This document shows positions 29,717 through 39,819 of a stretch of DNA of 64,000 bases, one piece after another. Positions within the stretch are counted from its first letter, which is position 1; the number at the start of each line of letters is the position of its first letter. The stretch comes from Escherichia phage REP4. The position numbers and the translations under genes are program-made. The stretch lies in the sequence record OQ174503.1; one strand, written 5' to 3'. The notes under the pieces were generated by a model. That model was not told where the DNA came from. It made no database searches and worked only from the letters and a program-made list of their open reading frames with translations.

Positions 29717-30732
29717 TGTGTTGCCTCTACATATAACTGATTTGCATATTGAATAAGTGCTTCGCGGTCAGAATCAGTGATGTCTGGAATTGCATTAATA
29801 TATTCTTCCATCAACGTTTGAAGAGATTGAACTTCAACTTCTTCACTATCATCTGACTCGACAGAGTTATCAATCTTTGACACAACTCGTAATGAATGCA
29901 CAACTTTTTCTAGTTCAGATTCGAACTTCGTTAGATTTTTGTCTACTTCAGTTACTATAACACGCACTGATAGATTTGTAAAATCTTTATAGTCAATTTT
30001 TCCCTTAAATGGATATTGAATTCGACGATGCCAGGTGGTGTTGTTTGGAATAAATTCCATTCGTTCTGTTTCTGTATCAAACATCCAGAACCCGCGAGGG
30101 TCATTCTCGTCACCTGCAGTTAGTGTCCATGGTGTCCCAATATATCTGACGTTAGCAGCCTCAGAGATAGTATGGAAGTGACCAGACCACACCTCTTTAT
30201 AAGTCTTAAGGAAATCAGGTTCAAGACCGTGAGATTTCATTCCTTTATAAAAATAAAATCCATTCAGTTCCCAGTGACCAACACAAAAAGAAGCAGATGA
30301 AGTTTTGATGTGTTCAAGAATTTCACCAGTATTTTCTTCGCACATCCAAGGAATTAAATCAATCAAACATCCGTCAAAATCTACTGTAGTAGGCTTATCA
30401 TATACTTTAACATTAGGATATTTAGCCAAAAGCTCAGTAGAAGCATTTGGAGTTAAAGTATTTTTAAAGTGCATATCATGGTTTCCTACAACAGTATGTA
30501 GGGTAATACCAGCATCATCAAGCATTTGAACTATTTCACGTGCGAACTCCATAGTTTTATGCGTGATTGCTTTTCGCACATCAAAAATATCACCGTATTG
30601 AATCCATGTAGTAATTCCATTTTTCTTAGAATATTCTATCGCCTGCTTAATTCCATCCAACTGGATTGATTGAACCCACTCATCATCGGCTTTAACACCT
30701 AAATGCCAATCACCTAAATTTAAAATTTTCAT
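29713..30732 (-). CDS. 47: Recombination nuclease subunit gp47 (Mre11/SbcD-like), 339 aa
   Basis: Phosphoesterase motifs GDWHLG, GDIFD, GNHD, GHWE. Confidence 0.9.
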   Translation of the reverse strand: MKILNLGDWHLGVKADDEWVQSIQLDGIKQAIEYSKKNGITTWIQYGDIFDVRKAITHKTMEFAREIVQMLDDAGITLHTVVGNHDMHFKNTLTPNASTELLAKYPNVKVYDKPTTVDFDGCLIDLIPWMCEENTGEILEHIKTSSASFCVGHWELNGFYFYKGMKSHGLEPDFLKTYKEVWSGHFHTISEAANVRYIGTPWTLTAGDENDPRGFWMFDTETERMEFIPNNTTWHRRIQYPFKGKIDYKDFTNLSVRVIVTEVDKNLTKFESELEKVVHSLRVVSKIDNSVESDDSEEVEVQSLQTLMEEYINAIPDITDSDREALIQYANQLYVEATQ

Positions 30733-30892
30733 ATATCAAGAACCGTCATTGAAATGCAAAATAAAATTATTGAAATAAATCCATCTGGAGTGCTAAAGAA
30801 CCCAATCCAACATGCTCTAGTGAATAGATAAAACGCCAGAAAAAGTATCACATATCCAAGAAATATCATTATATCAAACTCCGTATAAAGCT

Positions 30893-30910
30893 AAAGGGCC
30901 GAAGCCCTTT
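30893..30910 (-). terminator. UUCG hairpin terminator just after alpha-gt stop
   Basis: Minus AAAGGGC-UUCG-GCCCUUU then U-rich. Confidence 0.55.
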
Positions 30911-32111
30911 ATTTTGTAATAATGTCAAACTGTTCTTTAAAGCAGAAGCTTGAATCTTGATGCTGATACAAAAATTCATAAGCTTTTTCGCGTTCACGGT
31001 CATAAAGAGCTCGGTCAGATGACAGTTCTTTAATACGCTCAAATGTTGATTCCATGTCATTTTCATCAAACCAAACGATACCGCTATCATGAGAAATTAA
31101 CGGAGTATTATCAACACGGAATTTTAAATTTTCGCCAGTAGATTTCCAAAATACTGGAATTGTTCCACATGCACCAAGCTCGAGATGAGTATATTCTAAA
31201 GAACGTTGTAGATATTTTTTATCCAACTTACTCAACTGATAACCAAATCCGGATTTACTCATGCGTTCAAGCATTTCGCTATTTACATAACGGTCAAGAA
31301 TTTGCGTTGGCAAATTAGGAGCAATTTTAATTTGGTCTACTTGATGAAGACGATAATACTCGTATGGAATTCCTTTTTCTTTAATAGGAATGAACGCTGG
31401 AGAACGTTCCAGACCTTCCATAATAGTGCTTAGTCCTGCAGGTTTAAGATGTTTTTCATGAAAATCAAACATCTGATAAAAGCCTTTCCATGTAGTAGTA
31501 CGACCAATCCAACGGTTGATATTCATGTTAATTTCAGAAACATCTTTCCAGTAGGTTGATCGAACTTTCGCAATATCCATAGGAGGCTGAAAGTTATATA
31601 CGGTCGGTGCTTCTTCAATATCATCAAACAGAGAAACAGTTTCCGGATACCATTCTTTCATCAAAACTTTATTAAAATCACCATTATCAGAATGGCTAAA
31701 AATAACATCAGCTCGACGAACAGTTTCTTCTAATCCCAAATTTCGGCGCAAAGAAAGAGAAGAATGGTCATGTTGATAAACTACAACACGAACCGAAGGT
31801 TTAATGTTATCAATAATTTTTTTATAGTTATTAATCGTGTCTTCTTCAACTGAAGTAGCAGGAACTGAATTGATAATTAGAATATCACAATCATTTACCA
31901 ACTTAAGTGTTTTATCGTATTCTTTTGCCAATAAAACCGGAATTGAAAATGACTTATAATCATGTGCGCAATTACGAGTAAATGATTTATCTTTAGCATA
32001 AACCAAAGTTACTTCATGACCATTTTTAATAAACCAATCACGTTGCTCAAGAGAAAATTTAGTTACACCACAACCTTCAAGACCTCGAGCCATAAAAATG
32101 CATACTTTCAT
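30909..32111 (-). CDS. agt: DNA alpha-glucosyltransferase (400 aa)
   Basis: 400 aa; N-terminus CIFMARGLEGCGVTKFSLEQRDWFIKNGHEV as recalled for T4 alpha-gt. Confidence 0.8.
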   Translation of the reverse strand: MKVCIFMARGLEGCGVTKFSLEQRDWFIKNGHEVTLVYAKDKSFTRNCAHDYKSFSIPVLLAKEYDKTLKLVNDCDILIINSVPATSVEEDTINNYKKIIDNIKPSVRVVVYQHDHSSLSLRRNLGLEETVRRADVIFSHSDNGDFNKVLMKEWYPETVSLFDDIEEAPTVYNFQPPMDIAKVRSTYWKDVSEINMNINRWIGRTTTWKGFYQMFDFHEKHLKPAGLSTIMEGLERSPAFIPIKEKGIPYEYYRLHQVDQIKIAPNLPTQILDRYVNSEMLERMSKSGFGYQLSKLDKKYLQRSLEYTHLELGACGTIPVFWKSTGENLKFRVDNTPLISHDSGIVWFDENDMESTFERIKELSSDRALYDREREKAYEFLYQHQDSSFCFKEQFDIITK

Positions 32112-32161
32112 TTAATATCCTCATTGTTTTGGTTTATTTTACCAAAAATTTATAAAGCAAT

Positions 32162-32181
32162 ATAGGAGCCGAAGCTCCTAT
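32162..32181 (-). terminator. UUCG hairpin terminator
   Basis: Minus UAGGAGC-UUCG-GCUCCUA followed by U-rich tract. Confidence 0.55.
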
Positions 32182-32351
32182 CCACATAATACACCATACA
32201 GAGGCTCATTAGAGCTTCTAAATTTTATGCGCTTATATGTTATAGTTCCTTCTGCTTTAGCTTTATCGTGAGCCTCTTTAAAGCGTCTCATCATTTCTAC
32301 TTTAGAGGAACGAATTTTATTATAATCTATTTCAGAAGTCTGGGTGTTCAT
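32178..32351 (-). CDS. Small hypothetical protein (57 aa)
   Basis: Hand-translated MNTQTSEIDYNKIRSSKVEMMRRFKEAHDKAKAEG...; below track cutoff. Confidence 0.4.
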   Translation of the reverse strand: MNTQTSEIDYNKIRSSKVEMMRRFKEAHDKAKAEGTITYKRIKFRSSNEPLYGVLCG

Positions 32352-32354
32352 CTT

Positions 32355-32561
32355 TCACAATTGCCACCATTTTTTGACTTGATAAGAATCAACCCACACT
32401 TTCATATTAGGGTCTGCTCTTACAATAGGAGGATTAACTTCTTTGATTGAACTATCATGGTATTCTTTTTCAGAAATTTTCACGCAAAGATGACCGTTCA
32501 AAGATTCAGTAAATCCTGCATTAATTTTAAGACGCTTGAATTTTACGTGTGTAAGCATCAA
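32355..32561 (-). CDS. Hypothetical protein (68 aa)
   Basis: ORF track. Confidence 0.45.
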   Translation of the reverse strand: MMLTHVKFKRLKINAGFTESLNGHLCVKISEKEYHDSSIKEVNPPIVRADPNMKVWVDSYQVKKWWQL

Positions 32562-32844
32562 TCATATCCTCAATCTGCGATCTAGTAGTCTTCCAAAGAA
32601 TACTAATGAGTTCATCGTTATATGGCTGTTTTAGAATATCCCGACTTTTCTTGATAGCATATTCGTATTGAGCAAAATTATTGTTTTCAGCTGCAATCTG
32701 AGCGTGCTTATAAAGACGGTTCAGTTCGCGTTTATTTTTAGACAATAACTTATTTGCTTTTCTTTCTGCTTCAAGACGGTTCTTTTCTTCAATAGAAGAA
32801 ATAAGCTTTTCCACTTCATCATTAATTTCGGGTTTATCAGTCAT
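32527..32844 (-). CDS. Hypothetical protein (105 aa)
   Basis: ORF track. Confidence 0.5.
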   Translation of the reverse strand: MTDKPEINDEVEKLISSIEEKNRLEAERKANKLLSKNKRELNRLYKHAQIAAENNNFAQYEYAIKKSRDILKQPYNDELISILWKTTRSQIEDMIDAYTRKIQAS

Positions 32845-32845
32845 A

Positions 32846-33064
32846 TTATTTCTCTAATATAAAATAAAAATCATCATCTGTTAAATGATACCGATAGTTT
32901 AATTCTACACCATTAGATTTAAAAGCGGTATCATACGGATTTTCTGGATCAATATCAATGTCAAGAGCTAAAACTTCCCTGAGATACATTTTAAGTAAAT
33001 AGGGAATAGCTTCAACTTCAGGTATTTCTTCCAAGAATCCGGAGAGGTTAATCGTTAGCCTCAT
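32846..33064 (-). CDS. Hypothetical protein (72 aa)
   Basis: ORF track. Confidence 0.5.
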   Translation of the reverse strand: MRLTINLSGFLEEIPEVEAIPYLLKMYLREVLALDIDIDPENPYDTAFKSNGVELNYRYHLTDDDFYFILEK

Positions 33065-33605
33065 ATAAAAAATCCAAACTAGGAGAATCGTCTACAACAC
33101 TTTTCTTTTCAGCCCCTAGTGTTCTATAGGTTGATTCTTCGTAATGCGTCATTTTATCATAGATGTCTTGAATAAAAGTTTCATCTACTAACGCAACCAT
33201 ATCGTCGTCACGACTGTCATAGACATTGTGAACGAAGTAACTATATTTCTTTGCAACTTCCTTACGTTCTTTTTTAATACGTTGGACGAATGCATTAAAA
33301 CAAGCTTGAGTTATATATGCATGTGGGTTTTTATATTTCGTTTCATCAAAATTATGAAGCCCCTTAATAGAAGCTTCTATACCATCTGCAATCATTTCTT
33401 GTTTCCAGGATTGGGTGTATCCTGAAAAGTTGAAACGTTTAGATAAGCCTTCTGCAATAAGCATAATGGCTAATCCGATAGTATCATTCTGACGAACTAC
33501 TTTATTTGGGTCTTTATTATTTGCTAATTCTGTTTTCCAATCAATAATAGCTTGTAAAAGCTCTTTATTGTTTACGTAATTATATTTAGGCTTAGTTTCT
33601 GACAT
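33048..33605 (-). CDS. 55: Late-transcription sigma factor gp55 (185 aa from ATG at 33605)
   Basis: [30 protein letters not shown]... as recalled for T4 gp55; track start is GTG. Confidence 0.9.
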   Translation of the reverse strand: MSETKPKYNYVNNKELLQAIIDWKTELANNKDPNKVVRQNDTIGLAIMLIAEGLSKRFNFSGYTQSWKQEMIADGIEASIKGLHNFDETKYKNPHAYITQACFNAFVQRIKKERKEVAKKYSYFVHNVYDSRDDDMVALVDETFIQDIYDKMTHYEESTYRTLGAEKKSVVDDSPSLDFLYEAND

Positions 33606-33683
33606 TTTCACCTCTTAGCTCAATTCATAGATCTATTATATCATAATATTTGAAGATCTATCTTAAAGCATAGAGGATATCAG

Positions 33684-33953
33684 TTATCTAAGTAAACAGT
33701 ATGCTTGGAACACTTTCTCCATCATCTTTTTAAATTCATGAATATCTATGTAATGACTAGTTAAATCAGCATGATATAAAAAGTCTAAAAACTTTTCATG
33801 TGTGCTAACATATTCACTTTCATTTAATTCAGAAACATGGCTTTCCCAATATCCAACACCAGTCTTATTTGGGAAAAATGAAATTTTCATATATTGGTCA
33901 ACATAGAAAATTCCATAATTTTCAATAGTAATAGAAATATTAATAAATTTCAT
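33684..33953 (-). CDS. Hypothetical protein (89 aa)
   Basis: ORF track. Confidence 0.5.
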   Translation of the reverse strand: MKFINISITIENYGIFYVDQYMKISFFPNKTGVGYWESHVSELNESEYVSTHEKFLDFLYHADLTSHYIDIHEFKKMMEKVFQAYCLLR

Positions 33954-34165
33954 GCATTCATCAACTTAGCCGCTTCAAGAGCTGCATCTAGTGAATCAAA
34001 TTGGTCAACATATTCAATCAGTTTACCGTAATTGGCATATAACCACCATTGACTAAATTCATACTCAAGGATGAATCCGTTTCCTTCAATTTGAGTTAAA
34101 CCAATGCCGTTTGTATTTACTTCATATCCGGCAAGACGTAAATCGTTAATAAGAGCTTCGTTCAT
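33950..34165 (-). CDS. Hypothetical protein (71 aa)
   Basis: ORF track. Confidence 0.5.
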   Translation of the reverse strand: MNEALINDLRLAGYEVNTNGIGLTQIEGNGFILEYEFSQWWLYANYGKLIEYVDQFDSLDAALEAAKLMNA

Positions 34166-34167
34166 AA

Positions 34168-34494
34168 TTATGCCTTAGTAATTTTCAGGTCAGCAAATTT
34201 TTTCTTGCGTTGATTTTTCATACGACGAATAGTTTTATCAGAAATTTCATGCTTTTGATAAGCTTTAGATTCTACACCAAAAGCTTTAACATCAAATTCT
34301 GACAGGATATATTGAACCAACAATTCACGTATAGTATTGCGTCCAATTTTCTGATCATTCTTTTTCATCGTCTGATGAAGCTCTTTTTCCCATTTATCCA
34401 AAATTTGAGGAGTTACAATATCGCCTTTTTCTAGCAAAGAAACTACTTTATCATATGCATAAGAATTGATGGCGTTTTTAATTTGAATAGTCAT
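34168..34494 (-). CDS. Hypothetical protein (108 aa)
   Basis: ORF track. Confidence 0.55.
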   Translation of the reverse strand: MTIQIKNAINSYAYDKVVSLLEKGDIVTPQILDKWEKELHQTMKKNDQKIGRNTIRELLVQYILSEFDVKAFGVESKAYQKHEISDKTIRRMKNQRKKKFADLKITKA

Positions 34495-34532
34495 ACATTA
34501 TCCTCAATTGCGTTAAAATTTTATTATCCAAA

Positions 34533-34548
34533 AAGGGCCGAAGCCCTT
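34533..34548 (-). terminator. UUCG hairpin terminator
   Basis: Minus AAGGGC-UUCG-GCCCUU followed by UUUUUGG. Confidence 0.65.
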
Positions 34549-34747
34549 AGCTAAACTTTTTGGCACCCTTCCAGCCTTCGTACATCATTGCGGCTGATAT
34601 TAATATTGCTCCTGCGCATTTTGAATATTTGTGATTCCAAAACCAGTTCAGAAAAACTTCGTCATCAATACCTTGGGCTATCATATTTTCAAAGAACTGA
34701 CGACGAGCTTCGGCAATTCGTTGTGATAATTTAGATTCAGGATTCAT
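34547..34747 (-). CDS. Hypothetical protein (66 aa)
   Basis: ORF track. Confidence 0.5.
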   Translation of the reverse strand: MNPESKLSQRIAEARRQFFENMIAQGIDDEVFLNWFWNHKYSKCAGAILISAAMMYEGWKGAKKFS

Positions 34748-34963
34748 TTAAATTTTCCAGTTACCGTTTTCATCAATGAATTTAATCCAGTCATTTACTG
34801 ACCACTTGGTCGTATCACCTTTTGGAGTAACATTTAAAGTGTATAATCCTTGTTTAAAAAGCATACGTTTGATATTCATATTTTCCTCAGCTGTAACGAT
34901 AACACTCGTTTGATTTGCGCTTAGCAACTCGTTGAGAAGTATTGTAATCAAAATCATCGTCAA
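34748..34963 (-). CDS. Hypothetical protein (71 aa)
   Basis: ORF track. Confidence 0.45.
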   Translation of the reverse strand: MTMILITILLNELLSANQTSVIVTAEENMNIKRMLFKQGLYTLNVTPKGDTTKWSVNDWIKFIDENGNWKI

Positions 34964-35180
34964 TGTAAACTGATTTTTTCAACTTTCTTACTTCACTACG
35001 TAATTGACGATTTAGCTCATCTTTAACTTCTGAATCAATGCCTTTCATTCTACGCCATTTATCTGAGCGAAAAATGTTTTCAACCATATCTTTATGACTT
35101 ACACCATCAGGAGCTTTACGCTTTCCGAAATAGTCATAATCACGTACTTTTAAATCTTTACGACGATACGTTTTACCCAT
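34887..35180 (-). CDS. Hypothetical basic protein (97 aa from ATG at 35180)
   Basis: ORF track trimmed; start overlaps stop of upstream small ORF. Confidence 0.5.
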   Translation of the reverse strand: MGKTYRRKDLKVRDYDYFGKRKAPDGVSHKDMVENIFRSDKWRRMKGIDSEVKDELNRQLRSEVRKLKKSVYIDDDFDYNTSQRVAKRKSNECYRYS

Positions 35181-35349
35181 GGAGTTTAATTTCCTTAGCA
35201 ACTGAACTAAATACAGCACGATCACAAATCATGTGTTTGTTCCATTTAAGTACAGTATAATGAACATCTAGATCATCTACTGCTGTAACAATAACAATAT
35301 GTCCGTTAACACGATAATACTGATCCCTTTTAATCTCTTTATCAACCAT
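35173..35349 (-). CDS. Small hypothetical protein (58 aa)
   Basis: Hand-translated MVDKEIKRDQYYRVNGHIVIVTAVDD...; GAGGAA Shine-Dalgarno. Confidence 0.45.
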   Translation of the reverse strand: MVDKEIKRDQYYRVNGHIVIVTAVDDLDVHYTVLKWNKHMICDRAVFSSVAKEIKLHG

Positions 35350-35379
35350 ATCAATTCCTCAAAGGCAATTCATATGTTA

Positions 35380-35409
35380 ATAATACCACAGTTTGAACTT
35401 GTTGTAAAC
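35380..35409 (-). promoter_or_regulatory. T4 early-type promoter (minus)
   Basis: gtaaac at 35404-35409; ataatacca at 35380-35388 (rc TGGTATTAT). Confidence 0.5.
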
Positions 35410-35489
35410 AACTTTGTGAAAATTATTTTAGGGAATGATAAGAAGTGAATGATAGTTAGAATGGTAATATACAGAATGTGAGAAAGAAA

Positions 35490-35503
35490 GGCCCAGAGGG
35501 CCC
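35490..35503 (-). terminator. GC hairpin terminator
   Basis: Minus GGCCC-UCU-GGGCC followed by UUUCUUUCU. Confidence 0.55.
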
Positions 35504-35506
35504 GTC

Positions 35507-35830
35507 TTAGTCTTCTATGATATCTCTATCATATCCAAGTGAAATGAGAGTTTCTTTGAAGTGTTTAATGTTCTTTTGTCTAGAATCATTAATGAAAATG
35601 ACTGGATAACGAATGTTAAGAGATGTGAATCCAGCGCGTTTAGCAAGAGATACAATCAGTGGACGATCATACTCAATCTTACCATTATTTGTAAGAACTT
35701 TATAGAAAGTAAAAGGAGCATTGAGCTCCTTTAGAAGTTTTGTAACTGATTGACATCCAGGACAACGACCTACTTCATCTGGAATTCCATAGACTTCAAT
35801 CTTATTCTTTAAGTTCGAGTTTTGTTCCAC
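35507..35830 (-). CDS. Glutaredoxin-like protein (CPGC active site), NrdH-like; start uncertain
   Basis: KIEVYGIPDEVGRCPGCQSV redox motif; no in-frame ATG near N-terminus, GTG at 35830 proposed. Confidence 0.5.
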   Translation of the reverse strand: MEQNSNLKNKIEVYGIPDEVGRCPGCQSVTKLLKELNAPFTFYKVLTNNGKIEYDRPLIVSLAKRAGFTSLNIRYPVIFINDSRQKNIKHFKETLISLGYDRDIIED

Positions 35831-36113
35831 GAGAAATAATTCCTTGATAAGCCCAGTATGGCGGGTTAACAGAATCATCGCCAGAATTTTCTTCAGGAAA
35901 ATAAACCTGGATAACAAATCCAGATGCGTCAAAGGTAAAATACACCGTAGGTAATTCACCTAACAATTCAGCACGGTTATTAATTTCTTCGAGTTCTCGT
36001 TCTCGTCCAGCCCAAAAACTAGGATTTAGACTACATTCATAGAAATAATAGTCATTACCGAACATATCAAAACCCTTCCAACTCTCTACCACATACCGCT
36101 CAAAACTAATCAT
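35802..36113 (-). CDS. Hypothetical protein (103 aa)
   Basis: ORF track. Confidence 0.5.
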   Translation of the reverse strand: MISFERYVVESWKGFDMFGNDYYFYECSLNPSFWAGRERELEEINNRAELLGELPTVYFTFDASGFVIQVYFPEENSGDDSVNPPYWAYQGIISRGTKLELKE

Positions 36114-36115
36114 AA

Positions 36116-36355
36116 TTAAGCCTTTTTATCAAGAACAGCATTCAGCTTGTTAGTAATTTTATCCAGACGCTCATTGAACTCACTAGAAGATAAGCCTTTT
36201 TCTGGAGAAATTAAGCTAATCACGAAAAATATAGCAATAAAAGGAATAAGAAAAATAGCACCAACTGCCATAAACAAAAAGAACGTTACAGTTGTAAGAA
36301 AATCAGCTAAACCTTTACGAAATTTATACATATTTACCCTTAATTGATTAACCAA
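36116..36355 (-). CDS. Small membrane protein (79 aa)
   Basis: ORF track; one hydrophobic helix. Confidence 0.5.
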   Translation of the reverse strand: MVNQLRVNMYKFRKGLADFLTTVTFFLFMAVGAIFLIPFIAIFFVISLISPEKGLSSSEFNERLDKITNKLNAVLDKKA

Positions 36356-36445
36356 GCATTGATAAGTACTAAACTATACTGCGAATAAAATTCTGGACCA
36401 AAATGAAAAATCATATCATTTATAGTATCAATAATATAATTCAGT

Positions 36446-36916
36446 TTAATCATGTTTCCACACCCCATCGGTATTTGACCAAAGTCGCTGATTATCTGAA
36501 CCTCGCCACAGCTTTTTGGTCGGAAGATTTTTCTCATACTTCCCATCAATAATAACATCAACATATTTAAGCATTTCTAGTTGTTTAATATCTTCAAACT
36601 TATATCCTGTCCACAACCAAATGCTTTTATTTGGATAAAGATTTTTTACCGTTTGAACAATGCAATGAACATCATCTCGGTTATCAGGATAAAGAGGGTC
36701 TCCTCCAGTTATAGTTAATCCTTCTATATAATCATTATTCAAACATTCAATTAATTGTTCAAGTGTTTCACCAGTGAATGGAACGCCATTTCTAGCATTC
36801 CATGTTGATTTATTATAACACCCTTCACATTTATGCAAACACCCCGTAACGAAAAGAACGACCCTGCATCCAGGGCCATTCACAAAATCGCAGGGATAAA
36901 ATCTATCGTAATTCAT
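36446..36916 (-). CDS. nrdG: Anaerobic ribonucleotide reductase activase NrdG (radical SAM), 156 aa
   Basis: CxxxCxxC cluster GCLHKCEGCYN; 4-nt overlap with nrdD. Confidence 0.9.
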   Translation of the reverse strand: MNYDRFYPCDFVNGPGCRVVLFVTGCLHKCEGCYNKSTWNARNGVPFTGETLEQLIECLNNDYIEGLTITGGDPLYPDNRDDVHCIVQTVKNLYPNKSIWLWTGYKFEDIKQLEMLKYVDVIIDGKYEKNLPTKKLWRGSDNQRLWSNTDGVWKHD

Positions 36917-38730
36917 TGGTGTTTAACCCTATGCATGATTTCTTTATTTTTGCCAAGATTAAATCCGCGTTCGTTCGGATTTCCCAAATAACCACAAGTT
37001 CTTCTTATTGTGTTCATCTTTTTAGGATCAGTTTCTCCACAAATAGAACAAACAAATCCGTTTTCAGTAGGAGTCATTTCATGGGTACTTCCACACGTAA
37101 AACATTTATCTACTGGCATGTTAACACCAAAATAATCTAAATGTTGTGCAGCATAATCCCATACAGCCTCAAGACCTTTTAGGTTATTTTTCATATCAGG
37201 AAGTTCAACATAAGAAATGTGACCGCCTGTCGCAATGAAATGATATGGGGCTTCGCGAGAAATCTTTTCAAACGGAGTAATATTTTCTTCTACTGAAACG
37301 TGGAAACTGTTGGTGTACCAGCCTTTATCAGTAACATCCTTTACACTTCCATATTTTTCGGTATCAAGTTTACAGAAGCGATAGCACAGGTTTTCAGCAG
37401 GAGTAGAATACAAACTAAAAGCAAAACCAGTTCTTTCAGTCCACTGCTTAAGACGAGCATTCATTTTAGTTAAAATTTCTTGTCCAATATCACGACCGAC
37501 AAGAATATTCAATTCGTGAATACCAATGTATCCTAGGGACACTGAACTTCTACCGTTTTTAAATAACTCAATTATGTCGTCGTCAGGTTTAAGACGAACC
37601 CCGAATGCACCTTCTTGGTAAAGAATAGGAGCAACAGTCGCTTTAACTCCTTTTAAGGAACTAATTCTACACATCAAAGCTTCAAAACATAAATCCATTC
37701 GTTCATTGAACAATTCGGCAAATTTCTGTTCATTGAACTGTGTTCCAGTATAAGAATCTAACGCAATACGAGGAAGATTCAGTGTTACAACACCAAGATT
37801 ATTACGTCCATCAAGAATTTCATTACCAGTCGAATCTTTCCATACACTCAAGAAACTACGACAACCCATTGGAGAAACAGGAATAGATGAACCGGTGATA
37901 GCTTTATTGTTCTTAGCCGAAATGATGTCAGGATACATTCTTTTGCTTGCACACTCTAAAGCAAGCTGCTTAATATCATAGTTCGGATCGTCTTTATAAA
38001 GATTAACACCCTCTTCAACGAACATAACAAGCTTAGGGAAAATAGGAGTTATCCCATCACGACCAAGGCCTTTAATACGATTTTTCAGAATTGCTTTCTG
38101 AATCATTCGTTCAGTCCAGTCAGTTCCCGTACCAAATGTAATTGTTACAAAAGGCGTTTGTCCGTTTGAACTAAAGAGAGTATTTACTTCATATTCATAA
38201 GCTTGGAACGCATCGTATACGTCTTTTTCTGTTTTAGACTGGGCGTAATTCAACGCATCAGCGATTTGCCATTTTTCTGCATCCTCAATATGTTTTGCGT
38301 AGGTGCGTTTAACATAAGGAGAAAGGACTTTATCTACATTCGCAAAAGTCGTTCCGCCATATTGATGGGAAGCAACCTGCGCAGTAATTTGTGCCATAAT
38401 TGCAGTAGCAACGCCAATTGATTTAGGAGTTTCAATCTGTGCATTACCGAGCTTAAATCCGTTCTCAAGCATTCCTTTTAAATCTACTAAACAACAATTA
38501 GTAAATGGAAGAGCAGGAGAATAATCAATATCATGGAAATGGATAATTCCGCTTTCATGCGCTTTCATAATAAAAGACGGGACCATATTTTTGGCAATGT
38601 GTTTAGACACAATACCAGCCATAAGGTCCCGTTGAGTTGGAAAAACACGAGAATCTTTATTAGCATTCTCGTTTAAAAGGTCTTTATTAGTTTTATGAAT
38701 TAATCCTTCAATTTCTTTTTCAATTGTCAT
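36913..38730 (-). CDS. nrdD: Anaerobic ribonucleotide reductase NrdD (glycyl radical), 605 aa, uninterrupted
   Basis: C-terminal glycyl radical motif RRTCGYLG and zinc ribbon CFTCG...CSICG; continuous ORF. Confidence 0.95.
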   Translation of the reverse strand: MTIEKEIEGLIHKTNKDLLNENANKDSRVFPTQRDLMAGIVSKHIAKNMVPSFIMKAHESGIIHFHDIDYSPALPFTNCCLVDLKGMLENGFKLGNAQIETPKSIGVATAIMAQITAQVASHQYGGTTFANVDKVLSPYVKRTYAKHIEDAEKWQIADALNYAQSKTEKDVYDAFQAYEYEVNTLFSSNGQTPFVTITFGTGTDWTERMIQKAILKNRIKGLGRDGITPIFPKLVMFVEEGVNLYKDDPNYDIKQLALECASKRMYPDIISAKNNKAITGSSIPVSPMGCRSFLSVWKDSTGNEILDGRNNLGVVTLNLPRIALDSYTGTQFNEQKFAELFNERMDLCFEALMCRISSLKGVKATVAPILYQEGAFGVRLKPDDDIIELFKNGRSSVSLGYIGIHELNILVGRDIGQEILTKMNARLKQWTERTGFAFSLYSTPAENLCYRFCKLDTEKYGSVKDVTDKGWYTNSFHVSVEENITPFEKISREAPYHFIATGGHISYVELPDMKNNLKGLEAVWDYAAQHLDYFGVNMPVDKCFTCGSTHEMTPTENGFVCSICGETDPKKMNTIRRTCGYLGNPNERGFNLGKNKEIMHRVKHQ

Positions 38731-39200
38731 TTTAAACTCTTTCTAAGCTGCTTCTTAAATGAAGCTATTAATTGTGTTTTAGTGTCAGATTCATTATATT
38801 CAAATCCTCTTTGAAGCATCTCAGCCATCATTTCCTCTTTTCCTAAACGAGAAAATTCCTTTGATTTATCTCCAACAAAGTTAGGGTGAATATTATTTTG
38901 GGTGTAATCGGATTTTAAATAAGTAAGTAAATTTTCTAACCATTCAAGATAATCAACACCTTGTCCCTTTAAGCCAGAACGATTAAATTTATGCTTCATT
39001 TGACCTTCCGCAGCATTGCAAAGATTACAGAGCAATCCACGCACCTTTCCAGCTTTCGGTCCATTTAATTCATGGTCATGGTCAAGGTGATTAGCTTGAA
39101 CATCAGGATTTAGTTCTCGTTGGCAAATTAAGCATTTACCGTTTTGTGCATCATAAAATTTTTGTTTTTCTTCTTTGTACAATTTGCCAGTCAATAACAT
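38727..39200 (-). CDS. 49: Endonuclease VII gp49 (Holliday junction resolvase), 157 aa
   Basis: Zinc motif CLICQ...HLDHDHE...CNLCN; 157 aa as in T4. Confidence 0.85.
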   Translation of the reverse strand: MLLTGKLYKEEKQKFYDAQNGKCLICQRELNPDVQANHLDHDHELNGPKAGKVRGLLCNLCNAAEGQMKHKFNRSGLKGQGVDYLEWLENLLTYLKSDYTQNNIHPNFVGDKSKEFSRLGKEEMMAEMLQRGFEYNESDTKTQLIASFKKQLRKSLK

Positions 39201-39249
39201 AATAAAACCCTTACCTTGAATAGATAAGGGTATTTATTATTTTCAAGTA

Positions 39250-39714
39250 TTAAAACGCTCGGTCAGAAAAAGAAATTTGAGTTTCAAGCCATTCAATATA
39301 TTCTGCCGCAGCTTGCATCAAATTTCCTTCATAACCATCGTTATTTTCTTGTGCAGCTAATTTAGCTAATGCATATGAAATACGTTCACCTTGAAAAGCG
39401 GCTTTAGGTTTATGAATAGTTTGATCAACTCGTTCTACAACTTCTTCAATTTCGCCATTTTCTACTGATTCAGTATTCCACAAGCACCAATACGTAATTG
39501 GCTTATCGTAGATGTTAATAATCTTTCCATCAGAAAGTTCAATTTCAATAATTCCAGTATCAGGTTCTATATCATCTTCACATTCTTTTGCAAGTTCACG
39601 AACTTTAAAGACAGTACCTGCACTAAGTTCAGGCCAGTAATTACACAGCCCTGTATCAGCACGATTAATTCTAAACCACTTATCTACTGTAATCATGTCC
39701 CATCTCCATATCAA
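39250..39714 (-). CDS. Hypothetical acidic protein (154 aa), T4 pin position
   Basis: ORF track; positional only. Confidence 0.45.
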   Translation of the reverse strand: MIWRWDMITVDKWFRINRADTGLCNYWPELSAGTVFKVRELAKECEDDIEPDTGIIEIELSDGKIINIYDKPITYWCLWNTESVENGEIEEVVERVDQTIHKPKAAFQGERISYALAKLAAQENNDGYEGNLMQAAAEYIEWLETQISFSDRAF

Positions 39715-39819
39715 TTAAGTCATTTATTGTTGGTTCATTATATACTGTTTCTTCATCAGTGTAAACCGGTTCTTCCGGCTCTGGCTCTACTGTTTCCCAT
39801 CTAGCCGCCCACCAGGGTT

